Source: a virus (lineage: Duplodnaviria; Caudoviricetes). From it: 55,617 nucleotides of DNA. This document shows, piece after piece, positions 1 through 9,900 of the stretch; positions within the stretch are counted from its first letter, which is position 1; each line of letters starts with the position of its first letter. The position numbers and the translations under genes were made by a program. Under the pieces are notes generated by a model that was given only the letters and a program-made list of their open reading frames with translations, was not told where the DNA came from and searched no databases. The stretch is from the IMG/VR virus record IMGVR_UViG_3300024231_000789, positions 1 through 55,617 of that record; one strand, 5' to 3'.

Positions 1-814
1 TATTAGCACACCAGTGATACATTTTTGCTTTCTCACCGCTGGCTTTTTTTGCTTTTGCTCTAAGTTCTGTTACGCTACCGTTACAACTTGCACCACTACG
101 TTTTACACGCCCTGGTCTGCTTTTGCCTTTTTTCTTACCGTCAGCAAAGTTTTCTTCTACATTAGACTGTGGGTAACGGATCATTGTTTCTCTAAAGCGA
201 AAGTCTTTGTTGTGACCTTTGTTTAGTACAAAACCAAAACGCTTGTAGAACTTGATTAATCTATTCTTGTTTCCACCAAATGCATCATCTGGTGTTAGTG
301 CAATAATGGCGCCTTCTCTATCCATTCTGTCAACAATATCTTGCATTGCTTTTGTGCCTTGTCCAGCATTACGCTCATCACCTGACACTTCAATCTTAGA
401 TAACACATAACCTTTTTTAGCATCGCCATGTAATGATACTTCAACTTCTTCGCCTACATATGCTTTGACTGTTTTAATACCTTGTGCCTTGTATGCTTGA
501 AGTCTATGGTTACCATCTAATAGATATCCATTGTTGCCTATTACCATAGGTGGAAATTGAGATGTGTCTGCTTGTTTATATTTTTCAATATTGTCTTGAC
601 TCATTCCATCGCTTTTTACTGCGGTTGGAATCTGGTCGACTTGTATATCTTTGAGTGTAAACCCTTTATGAGATAGAACAAACTTTGACCAGTCTGAGTT
701 TGGATCCATTGCACCTGTATGTGTGCCTTGCATTTCCTTTGACAGTTTGTTCAGCATTTGTTGTGCTGTTAGACTTCCGTCTGATATGTTCTCAATAATC
801 TCCCTAATGAACAT
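1..814 (-). CDS. Multi-domain putative virion-internal protein: ParB/Srx-like + GNAT-like + basic C-terminal domain; runs off the window start; not in the ORF track
   Basis: Read by hand from the ATG at 814: MFIREIIE...PPMVIGNNGYLLDGNHRLQAY (ParB/Srx DGxHR)...RNAGQGTKAM...KFYKRFGF (GNAT-like)...VEENFADGKKKGKSRPGRVKRSGASC...YHWCAN; open to the window edge. Confidence 0.75.
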   Translation of the reverse strand, partial: MFIREIIENISDGSLTAQQMLNKLSKEMQGTHTGAMDPNSDWSKFVLSHKGFTLKDIQVDQIPTAVKSDGMSQDNIEKYKQADTSQFPPMVIGNNGYLLDGNHRLQAYKAQGIKTVKAYVGEEVEVSLHGDAKKGYVLSKIEVSGDERNAGQGTKAMQDIVDRMDREGAIIALTPDDAFGGNKNRLIKFYKRFGFVLNKGHNKDFRFRETMIRYPQSNVEENFADGKKKGKSRPGRVKRSGASCNGSVTELRAKAKKASGEKAKMYHWCAN

Positions 815-818
815 GGAA

Positions 819-1766
819 TTACCACGCTCTGCATGACCAGTAACGTGCCTTATGTCTTGGACCTGGGCTATCACAATTATGTCTTGCTCTGAAGCTCTTA
901 CGTCTGGCTGGATTGCTTTTTTTAATACGCATTGTTTTACGTTTTGCACTTGTGCCGCCATGACCAAAGTTTACTTTAACTACATTTCCTTTTGGATTTT
1001 TAACGTATACTTTGAACTTCTTAACATCGCCACGCATTGGTTTACCAAGTTTAACTTTACGTCCTTGGTATTCTGCTTCATCTAACGCTAAGTGTGCATC
1101 AATGCCAGCAGTTGATTTCATACCCCAATGTGCTGCCGCTTTCTTGGCTGCACCATATGATGAATCAGCATGACATTCATGCTTGCCTTTTTTAGCATGT
1201 ACACAAATGTATGGCTTTTCTTCTGCTTCATCCAATGTTTTACTAATATTTTCTACTGCTGTTGCTGTAGCTACTGCACGTTGAAATGCATTATCTTGGC
1301 CATATGCACTTGTATCATCATAATTAAAACCACTACGTTTCTTTTTAGCAGGTGCTTTTTTAGTATTTGGTACATCTTTACCACGTAATTTATTAATACC
1401 TGCTTTAGCCGCTTTAAAACCTTTAGCAGCTAATTTAGCTGCGCCGCCGCCTACAGCGGTTATTGCCGCATCTGTACCAATTTGTTTAGCTAATTGTGCT
1501 TTACTAATATCGCCTCTATCATATGCTTTTTTTGCTTGATATGCATCATAAGCACTCCATGCCGCACCGCCTGCCGCAATAGCTGCTGGTATAAGCGGAA
1601 CTAATTCTGTAATATAGTCGTTACCTTGGTCGTCAAACCAAACAGTCATTTCACCGTCTTCGTCTATATCTTGAAATATTCCTTCTACAACCATGTCGCC
1701 GAGTTCGATTTCTATGATATCACCCTTCTCTGGTGTATCATTTTCAAATAAATCATTAAGTCTCAT
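819..1766 (-). CDS. Modular phage protein, probably virion-packaged, with a C-terminal basic 'FRARHNC...RYWSC' domain
   Basis: 315 aa; GGAGG RBS and TATAAATA upstream; N-terminus MRLNDLFE; modules separated by ITE/LDEAE. Confidence 0.6.
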   Translation of the reverse strand: MRLNDLFENDTPEKGDIIEIELGDMVVEGIFQDIDEDGEMTVWFDDQGNDYITELVPLIPAAIAAGGAAWSAYDAYQAKKAYDRGDISKAQLAKQIGTDAAITAVGGGAAKLAAKGFKAAKAGINKLRGKDVPNTKKAPAKKKRSGFNYDDTSAYGQDNAFQRAVATATAVENISKTLDEAEEKPYICVHAKKGKHECHADSSYGAAKKAAAHWGMKSTAGIDAHLALDEAEYQGRKVKLGKPMRGDVKKFKVYVKNPKGNVVKVNFGHGGTSAKRKTMRIKKSNPARRKSFRARHNCDSPGPRHKARYWSCRAW

Positions 1767-1806
1767 AAGAAAATCCTCCGTTAGTTATATTTATACTAAT
1801 TGGAGT

Positions 1807-2016
1807 TTAAATCTCTTCTATCTCTTCTCTTTCAGGAGGGGCAGTCATTTCTTCCATTAGATCCTCAATTTTAATATTGTACTGCTCAATATATCTAATT
1901 GCATCAGCAGGCTTTTTAACTACTCCTGTACGTATTAAATAGTTACAAGCGACAATAAAATCATACTTTGATGCGCCTGAGGCATTAATTACTTCTTGTG
2001 GGTGTTTGGCTCCCAT
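1807..2016 (-). CDS. Hypothetical protein
   Basis: 69 aa with AGGAG RBS. Confidence 0.6.
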   Translation of the reverse strand: MGAKHPQEVINASGASKYDFIVACNYLIRTGVVKKPADAIRYIEQYNIKIEDLMEEMTAPPEREEIEEI

Positions 2017-2044
2017 GTCTTTCTCCTATGTTTGAGTTGTAAAC

Positions 2045-3199
2045 TTATACATTCTTAAGTCTCATAAGTGTATCAGTCTTTTTTACATTTTGTTTTTTTT
2101 CTAAAAAAACTTCGATAATTTCTTTATAGTCTTGCTTACGATTAGAACCAATACGTTCATATACTACATCTAGATAATCAAAGAATGATCTTTCGCGTAT
2201 ACAATTAGATTCGGGATAACTATTTACAATATCTAGAGCCTGTTCAATATATAATTTATAGTGTTTGGGTAGTATTGCAATATCCATTTCTTTTGGTTGC
2301 ATTATTATTCCGCCAGTAATAGAAAACTCAACTGTGTAAGGTTTCATTGTTTCATATATCCATTTTACATACAGCGGAAAAGTCGGTACAGCTACATTAG
2401 ACAAAGTAGTCCCAAAGTGTATATGTTCAATATTTTCAGTTGATGCATATGTTTTAACATTTTCTTCAAATCTATTCCAGTCTAATCCATATCTTATAAG
2501 TTGGCTGTCTTCCTTATAACTTTCATTACTAATTGTAATAGACCAACGGGCTGTTGAATTTTCTATAGCATTTATTAATTTTTTTAAAAGGTAAGGTTTA
2601 CTATTACCATTTGTAATTACATCTATTGTAACTTTACTAGTGTCTAATGTTCCAATATACTCAATTAGTTCGTAAAATAATTTACTAGCCGTGGGTTCTC
2701 CTCCAGAAAAAGTAAGTTGTAATATTTCTTCTGATGCCTCTATTGTACTTTTTAGCCAATGTTTAAATGCTTCAATTTGCTCTTTGCTTGTACGGTCAAC
2801 TATTTTAATTCCTTCTTCTTTTGCTATACTACTACTTTGTTCAGCAGCACAATATAAGCAACTCAAGTCACAAGTATTATCTAATTCTATTTCTATATTT
2901 TCAATCTGAGGAACATCTGCTTTGACATTATCAAAATTTTCCCATTTGTTCCAATAATTGATATAGCTTTTGCGTCCTTGATTAACTTCATTCCAACATT
3001 CCTTACAGTCTTGATGCTGTTTTCCGTCTAGCGTATCTTGTCTTCTTTTTTGAATTAATTCACTATTACTAAAAAAATCTGATGTCAACTTGGTTGGAAT
3101 ATCATAGTAAACTGATTTACAACAATGTCCAAGTGTACCTGATTTAAAATCTATATTTACATCTGTCCAGCTTTTAGAACAGGCTGTAGTATTATTCAT
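2045..3199 (-). CDS. Radical SAM protein with N-terminal Cys-rich (twitch-like) domain
   Basis: CDLSCLYC (CxxxCxxC), SGGEPT, TNG; N-terminal C...CC...CxxC. Confidence 0.9.
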   Translation of the reverse strand: MNNTTACSKSWTDVNIDFKSGTLGHCCKSVYYDIPTKLTSDFFSNSELIQKRRQDTLDGKQHQDCKECWNEVNQGRKSYINYWNKWENFDNVKADVPQIENIEIELDNTCDLSCLYCAAEQSSSIAKEEGIKIVDRTSKEQIEAFKHWLKSTIEASEEILQLTFSGGEPTASKLFYELIEYIGTLDTSKVTIDVITNGNSKPYLLKKLINAIENSTARWSITISNESYKEDSQLIRYGLDWNRFEENVKTYASTENIEHIHFGTTLSNVAVPTFPLYVKWIYETMKPYTVEFSITGGIIMQPKEMDIAILPKHYKLYIEQALDIVNSYPESNCIRERSFFDYLDVVYERIGSNRKQDYKEIIEVFLEKKQNVKKTDTLMRLKNV

Positions 3200-4361
3200 T
3201 GCCTATCTCCAAATTATGTGTTAAACCTAAAAGTTTATCAGTCTTTTTGTATTCTTGCTTTTCTTTCAAAAACTCTTGTATTATGTCTATATAATTTTCT
3301 TTATAGCCACTGCCAATTCTTTTACGTATGGTTTCCAAAAACTCTAAAGTGCCGCTTTGATTGTGTTGAGACAACGAGTATTGTTTGATTATTTGTACTG
3401 TTTGGTCTATATTCTTTTTAAATGATGTGGGTAATATTTTTACATCTAGATCTTTAGGGGTACTTACAGCCGTTCCTGATATAGAAAAAGGCTTATTGTA
3501 TTCTGACATTACATCATGTATCCATTGAACATATTTTGGAAATGTTGGTAGTGCAACATTATTCATTGCAACATCAAAAAGTATTTTTTCTACTTTTGGA
3601 TGCTGTGCATAGGTACGCAAGTTAGACTCAAATCTTCCCCAATCTAATCCATATCTAATTAAACTACTATCCTGGTTATAGCTTTCGTTGCTAATATGGA
3701 TGGCCCATTCGCTTTTAGATCTATCCATAGCATCAATAAATTTTTTAAATAAGAAATCTTTTGTATTGCCGTTGGTGGTTACTTGTATTTCTCCTCGCAT
3801 ATTTTCAAGCGATGCAATGTGATTAATCATATCATAAAATAATTTACTAGCTGTAGGTTCACCGCCCAAGAATGCAATATCGATCTTTGTTTGTGAATTA
3901 TTGACAGTGTCAGTCAGCCATTGTTTATAAACTTCAAGATCTTTTTCTGTAAACTTGTTTACAACTTTTACGCCTTCCTCTTGTGCAATCTTACTACTAT
4001 GATCAGGGTGACAGTATAAGCAACTTAAATCACATATATTATCTAATTCCATTTCTATATAATTTACTTGAGGTACATCTGGTTTAGCAGATCCAAAATC
4101 GTCCCACTCATTCATCCAGTCTTTAAAAGGTGTATTTCCACTTTCTATATCGTCCCAACACATTACACAATCAGAATGTTGGATATTATTTAAAGTATCT
4201 TGCCTACGTTGCTGTATAAGTTCACTATTACTAAAAAATATAGGTGTAATATCATCAGGCATATCATGATAGACGGATGCACAGCAATGTCCTAGCTTAC
4301 GGTTTTTAAAGTTAATGTTTACATCTGTCCAGCTTTTGGAGCATGCAGTTCTGTTTTTCAT
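3192..4361 (-). CDS. Radical SAM protein, tandem paralogue of 2045..3199
   Basis: CDLSCLYC, LGGEPT, TTNG; shares TACSKSWTDVNI and KKTD with its neighbour. Confidence 0.9.
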   Translation of the reverse strand: MKNRTACSKSWTDVNINFKNRKLGHCCASVYHDMPDDITPIFFSNSELIQQRRQDTLNNIQHSDCVMCWDDIESGNTPFKDWMNEWDDFGSAKPDVPQVNYIEMELDNICDLSCLYCHPDHSSKIAQEEGVKVVNKFTEKDLEVYKQWLTDTVNNSQTKIDIAFLGGEPTASKLFYDMINHIASLENMRGEIQVTTNGNTKDFLFKKFIDAMDRSKSEWAIHISNESYNQDSSLIRYGLDWGRFESNLRTYAQHPKVEKILFDVAMNNVALPTFPKYVQWIHDVMSEYNKPFSISGTAVSTPKDLDVKILPTSFKKNIDQTVQIIKQYSLSQHNQSGTLEFLETIRKRIGSGYKENYIDIIQEFLKEKQEYKKTDKLLGLTHNLEIGNE

Positions 4362-5386
4362 ACGCCTTCTTCTTCAAAGGGTATGCTCGCTAAGTTTTTA
4401 TGTTTTGCTTCTACCATGATATCAAAATCCTTACGGAAGCTACCAGCCCACTTATTACAAGCATCATTCCACATGTAATCGCTATGAGCTCGTAATTTAG
4501 CTTTTTTAAATCCTTGTTCCAGTAACACTTGAAAATCTGGCCGTTGGTCTCTTGGATGACCATCCAACAAGTCTTCGCGACTGACGCTATAGTGCATAGT
4601 AGGACGTACACCACGCCAACTGTCAATAATACGTTTAATACGATCGTCATTTCGATCAATGTACTCTCCTCCACTATGACACCAGTGATGATGTATATCT
4701 ATTACTAGCGCCACATCTTTAGCCAATTCGAGGCTGGCATCAATTCCCCAGGAGTTTTCGTCATTTTCAATAGTGATACAGTTTCGTGCTTCTGTAGACA
4801 GTCTTGGAAGGACGGCTTTGATACCGGCTGGACCTTGTCTGCCTGAGATGTGGACGTTACACTTGAAGTCTTGCCACTTCTGACCGTAACCCATCCACCT
4901 GATGATATCCGCATGATACTCAAACTCCTCTATACTTCTATTTACTATATTTTCATTATCTGACGCCAAAACAGTAAATTGGCCAGGGTGCATGCTTACA
5001 CGCACATCTAATTGCTTTGCAAGTTCGCCTACTTGTGACCAGCCTTTGGCTGCTGCATCACGTACATCGCTTTGTTTGTAAAACCAAGACCAGTCATCGT
5101 GTGTATAAGCAGGCATCATATTACTGCCTAGCCGTACCATACGTTGGCCTTCTGGCAAGTTACCAACATATTCAATAAGACGATATGCATTTTGCCAGTT
5201 AGTATCCAAACAAAACCACAGTTTATCTTCTGCCACTGATTGCTTTTGATTGTTAAGCCATGTAATAGTTGTACTACGCTCGCTATATTGGCCCTGTACT
5301 TCTTTAAGTATTTTTGGCTTTTGCGTCTGGTCTGGGTGCATGTACTTGCATGCAAATCCTACACGCTGTAAGTCTTGATTAAACAT
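4358..5386 (-). CDS. uvsE: UV damage endonuclease (UvsE/UVDE family)
   Basis: GFACKY, RVSMHPGQF, NVH, IENDE, DIHHH, HSDY, DIMVEAKHK motifs; start moved to the ATG at 5386 (MFNQDLQ), coupled to the upstream stop. Confidence 0.9.
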   Translation of the reverse strand: MFNQDLQRVGFACKYMHPDQTQKPKILKEVQGQYSERSTTITWLNNQKQSVAEDKLWFCLDTNWQNAYRLIEYVGNLPEGQRMVRLGSNMMPAYTHDDWSWFYKQSDVRDAAAKGWSQVGELAKQLDVRVSMHPGQFTVLASDNENIVNRSIEEFEYHADIIRWMGYGQKWQDFKCNVHISGRQGPAGIKAVLPRLSTEARNCITIENDENSWGIDASLELAKDVALVIDIHHHWCHSGGEYIDRNDDRIKRIIDSWRGVRPTMHYSVSREDLLDGHPRDQRPDFQVLLEQGFKKAKLRAHSDYMWNDACNKWAGSFRKDFDIMVEAKHKNLASIPFEEEGV

Positions 5387-5603
5387 ATGATTGCAATAAA
5401 TTGGTAGTTTGTTTTGCACTAAAGGTATGTGTAAATTTACTAGGGAAGTTTGCACGGATTGCTTGCTGTTGCTTGCGTGTATAAGGCACAGCGGTAAACG
5501 CATCTGAGCCGAATACTTGCTGTGCAAGTTGGTACTGCGATGCTGTAATTTTTTGTGCAAAGTTGAAAATAGTTAAGCCGGGTTCTGTGACTAGATAATT
5601 CAT
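5379..5603 (-). CDS. Hypothetical protein
   Basis: 74 aa, AGGAG RBS, follows a sigma70-type promoter. Confidence 0.65.
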   Translation of the reverse strand: MNYLVTEPGLTIFNFAQKITASQYQLAQQVFGSDAFTAVPYTRKQQQAIRANFPSKFTHTFSAKQTTNLLQSYV

Positions 5604-5632
5604 AAGTGTCTCCTAACAATATGTATATTATT

Positions 5633-5661
5633 ACTATATAGGTTTAAAAATATATTGTCAA
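5633..5661 (-). promoter_or_regulatory. Sigma70-type promoter
   Basis: TTGACA-17 nt-TATAGT on the minus strand. Confidence 0.7.
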
Positions 5662-5662
5662 G

Positions 5663-6208
5663 TTAATTCAGGTTGCTTAACCAATTTAATATCTCTTTTT
5701 TATCAAATTCTGGTTGTCTTCTGTGAGTTTCCGGCAAACTGTCCCATTCTTTTAATGCAGGGTGTGATTTTTTTGTTTCACTAAAGTAAAGCCCGTAGTG
5801 CCAACCTTCTCTCATCATTGCATGAACCCATCTATTGTGATGCCATTTGCCCATATCCTGTGACGCTCTTTCTAATAAAGACTCTTCTATATCTATTTCA
5901 TATGGATCAGCTTCATTGTATAGATTACTAATTTCAATATCAAAATCTTCTGGAAATACTGTTTCCCATCCTTGTAATATTATACCAGCCTCTTCAGGAG
6001 TCAAATCCCTAGTAAGAGGCACAGTATAACAATGCAAAAATTCTTCATTTTGTCTAACACCATACTCCATTGCTATTTGGCTATCACCGCTTGAATAGTT
6101 ATATATTAACCCATCAGGAGATAATAAGTCCACTACTTCGTACCATGCAATAGCATGTTGTTGCTCTAAAGGCATATCTGTTTTTAACATAATATGATGT
6201 TGATACAT
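5663..6208 (-). CDS. RyR-domain-containing protein
   Basis: C-terminal HNRW...GWHYG...KKSHPAL..WDSLPE resembles the RyR repeat. Confidence 0.7.
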   Translation of the reverse strand: MYQHHIMLKTDMPLEQQHAIAWYEVVDLLSPDGLIYNYSSGDSQIAMEYGVRQNEEFLHCYTVPLTRDLTPEEAGIILQGWETVFPEDFDIEISNLYNEADPYEIDIEESLLERASQDMGKWHHNRWVHAMMREGWHYGLYFSETKKSHPALKEWDSLPETHRRQPEFDKKEILNWLSNLN

Positions 6209-6528
6209 TAGTAACCTTCTTCGTCTTCATATCTACTAGATGTTCCTCTAGCATCTGATTGTGTGCTTACAACGATATTTTTATCGCTACTACCACTATT
6301 TACATAAAGTCCAAACCATGCTGCACCAGCACCTGTTACTACACTAACTAGGCCAGCTTGTGCCATGTTTGGATCTGTTAATGTCATAAACCATTCTACA
6401 ACATTATAAAACATATATATGTAAACAATAATAAACAGTCTTGGAAAAATACGTAGTTTATCAAACCAATATGGAAATGCTTCCCAACGACTTACTTTAC
6501 CATCATTATTTAGATCTGGTTGTGTCAT
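6208..6528 (-). CDS. Two-TM membrane protein (holin-like?)
   Basis: LRIFPR followed by two hydrophobic helices; AAGGAG RBS; ATAAATA upstream. Confidence 0.5.
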   Translation of the reverse strand: MTQPDLNNDGKVSRWEAFPYWFDKLRIFPRLFIIVYIYMFYNVVEWFMTLTDPNMAQAGLVSVVTGAGAAWFGLYVNSGSSDKNIVVSTQSDARGTSSRYEDEEGY

Positions 6529-6573
6529 CTTATACTCCTTACAGTCTACATGTATATTTATGCTTTAGTCAAG

Positions 6574-6601
6574 AAAAAACCTGCTAGTAAACTAACAGGT
6601 T
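6574..6601 (-). terminator. Intrinsic terminator
   Basis: AACCTGTTAG-TTTA-CTAGCAGGTT hairpin followed by a T tract on the minus strand. Confidence 0.7.
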
Positions 6602-6623
6602 AATTCATTTGTATTTTAAAAAC

Positions 6624-6890
6624 TTAGTATGCGAAATCTGCTACTGAAAAGTCGCCACCTAGTGCTGTGTCCATGTCCGCTGCTGTCCATGAACCGTTGT
6701 TTTCAACTGCTACACGTACATCGTTGCCGTCAATTGCGCCAACTAGGATAGGTGTTGCTTTTGATGCTACTGTTTTGTAGATTGTTTCTAGGTCTGCTTC
6801 TGCCATACCTGTTTTTGTGATTGTGAAGTGCGTTACTGAAGCCGTTACAAACTGGCCTGCTGCGTATACGTCATTTACTTTAGTTGTCAT
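6624..6890 (-). CDS. Small putative virion protein
   Basis: 88 aa, Ala/Thr/Gly-rich; own late motif, RBS and terminator, suggesting a monocistronic, highly expressed gene. Confidence 0.55.
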   Translation of the reverse strand: MTTKVNDVYAAGQFVTASVTHFTITKTGMAEADLETIYKTVASKATPILVGAIDGNDVRVAVENNGSWTAADMDTALGGDFSVADFAY

Positions 6891-6942
6891 TTAATATTTC
6901 TCCTAAATATTGATTTCTGTGTAGCTTTGCTACTACTTTTAT

Positions 6943-9900
6943 TTATCTAATTACTTCAATAATTTCAACAAAAATCGTCCAATCTACAGTATTATTTGCT
7001 GTTCCTTGTACATTTATTTTCAATGAATTATTGGTAGCATTTGCAACAATACTTCCTGTCCAAGAAGTGCCACTATCTGCTGTAATTATTGTATTATTAT
7101 TACCTATTAATGTTATATTTCCACCAGTTCTACTAATGATACCGCTAACTACAAAACTTGTATGATCTGTACCACTAGTTGCTACATATGTAACACTAAA
7201 TTTTGCTGTAGTATTATCCTCAATAGCAATTGGAGTACCGCCTTCTAATAATGCTTCTACTTCTGTGGCATCTGTAGTCTGTATAGCAATAACAAGGTCT
7301 CTCTTATTAGCAACATGACTTACAATACTAGTCTTTTGATTTACTGTTGCTTGATATTCTATGTCGTCTGTATAAAATCTGTCACCTGTAATTGTAGGTT
7401 CAGCCCAACGGTTATCTACATATGCCTCTGTTGATAATCCAGCTATACTAGGAATATATGGTTTATTATTTAAATCGTCATAATTACCACTGAACAGTGA
7501 TGGACGATTTGTTAAATCTGAATAGTCTCCACTAAACCCAATTCCCAAATCTGCAAAATCAATAGTTGCTACTACTTGATCAGGATCTGCTTCTGTCTCT
7601 ATAAGACTTAAACTACTACCATTACTCGTAAGAGTATACTCTTTACGTGTTGGGACATTCGTAAGATCTAAATAACTCCCACTAAACAGTTGTGGTCTAT
7701 TAGCTAAATCAAAGTAGTTACCACTAAAGTGGTTGCCACGCTCTACTAGCTTTTGTTCTACAAATTGCTCAGTTGCATATCCATCTAAGTTAATTTCACC
7801 ATCTGTTAATGCTGTGGCTACTGTTGCTGATACATATGATTGTGTAGCAAAAATACTACCAAAGTCATTGCTTTCCCAAAGTGAAGTTACTGGATTATAT
7901 TCTAGTAGATAATGCTCACTAGCATTTGCTGATTGAGGCAAAGACCCAACTGCAACGTCACTTAGATCATCTAGGTTAGCTATACCACCAATGCTTGCTG
8001 CAGCAACTTGTTGATTTACAAATGTCTCAGTAGCATAGCCTGTTAAGTCTACACTACCACTGCCACCGCCGCCACCTAGTAGCCCATTAGTATCTGTTAG
8101 ATCAGATACGTCTAAGTTTCCTAATTCTGTTGCTAGTTCTGTGTCAGTAACATATGTACTTAAATCTACACCGCCACCCAATGATGCTTGTGCTATCTGT
8201 GTTTGTACATATGTTTCTGATGCTAATCCAGTTACATCTGGAATAAGTGCATCTACTTGTGTTTTTGTGTAATAATCTGATAGGTCTACATTTCCCCCAC
8301 TCACACCTGCAATTGCTGTGGCAAGTTCGGTGTCAGTGACATAATTACTTAAATCTACAGTGCCGCCTGTTACTGCACTTGCAATTTTACTATCAATTTC
8401 TGTCTCAGTGATAAATTCACTTAAATTTGGCTTATTACTTAAATCATTATAGTTACCTGTAAATCTTTCCAACAGGTTAGTGGTGTCTGTTAGTTGACTT
8501 ACATCGCTTGGTATCGTTGGTTTGTTTAATAAATTATTATAATCAAGATCAATACCACTACTAATACTACTATTAATTAAATTGAGTATTTGTGATTCTG
8601 TTCTAAAATCTGAAAGATCAGTACTTGTTATATAATCGTTTAAAACTGGAAGGTTAGCTAAACTATTATAGTCGCCATTGAAAACACTTGCTGCATCTGC
8701 AGGAGTATAACCGAGTGCATTTAAAATATGTGACATAGTAATAGTAGTAATAAAACCACTATCATTAGTTAAGTCACTTGTCTTATCTGGTATCTCTGGT
8801 TTGTTTATTAGTAGGTTATAATTACCATCAAACAGTTGTGGCTTGTTTGTTAAACTATTATAGTTACCATCAAATATTGTAGGCTTATTTGTTAGATCAT
8901 TATAATCGCCTGAGAACGCATTTGATAATGCAATTGCATCATCTACATATGTTTCAGAAGCAAGTCCACTAACATCTGGTATTGTTGGCTTGTTTGATAA
9001 ACTATTATAATCTCCGTCAAATATTGTAGGCTTATTTGTTAGTGCATTATAATCTCTATTAAAAATTAAATTATCATTATCAGTTAAGTCTTTAACATCT
9101 GCAGGTACTGTTGGCGCTCCAACTAAAGAAGAATACTGTCCATTAAATAAACTTGGCTTATTGGACAAGTCATCATAATCACCACTAAAGGCATTTGGTA
9201 GATTAGAAATTGCAGTGTTAAGTTCAACTGTTGTGACATAGCCTTGCAAATCAATATCAACATCGCCATCTAAACTAGCAATTTGTTGATCTACATATTG
9301 TTTTGTTGTATAATCAGAATCATTTGTTAACTGGCTAATGTTTGTTACAGTGTTGAGTAAGTTATTACTATCAGTTAAATTACTTACATCAGATGGAATA
9401 ATAGGCTTATTTTTTAAATCATTATAGTTTCCACTGAAGTGTGGGCCAGTTGCCATATCGTGGGGTACAGATCCGCCACTTAGCAACAATGTTTCTGTAC
9501 TGCTCATTTTTTGGAATAATTTATTTCCTGTGTTAACTGACGGTTGTGCAGTTAACATTCTATCAACATTATCCCAATAATAAATGGTACCTAAGTCTCC
9601 TGGAAGTTCCATATAAGTCTTGGTACCAAACAAGCGTACACTAAAAGTATCGTCATCTTGCTTTACAACAACACCAGTAGGCTCTGTCTCATCAGGTTGC
9701 CATCCTGTAGGTGTGAGTGACAATGTTTCACCTACAAGAAAACCATGAGCATCTTGTTCTACTGTTACGTTTTTGTCTTTACTTGCAAAATTAAATCTTG
9801 AAAGAATTTGTATTGCAAATTCCTGTGTAAGGCCACCTGGCAATACATCTGGCAAAGGAAATAGATATGGTTTACCTTCTCTTAACTCAAAAAGGATACC

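Noticed and set aside
5387-5560. N-terminal extension of UvsE in the ORF track; likewise for IF-1, GuaC, the nitroreductase and 21675..22118
   Set aside because: The extensions overlap upstream genes; family similarity and RBS or promoter signals point to internal ATGs
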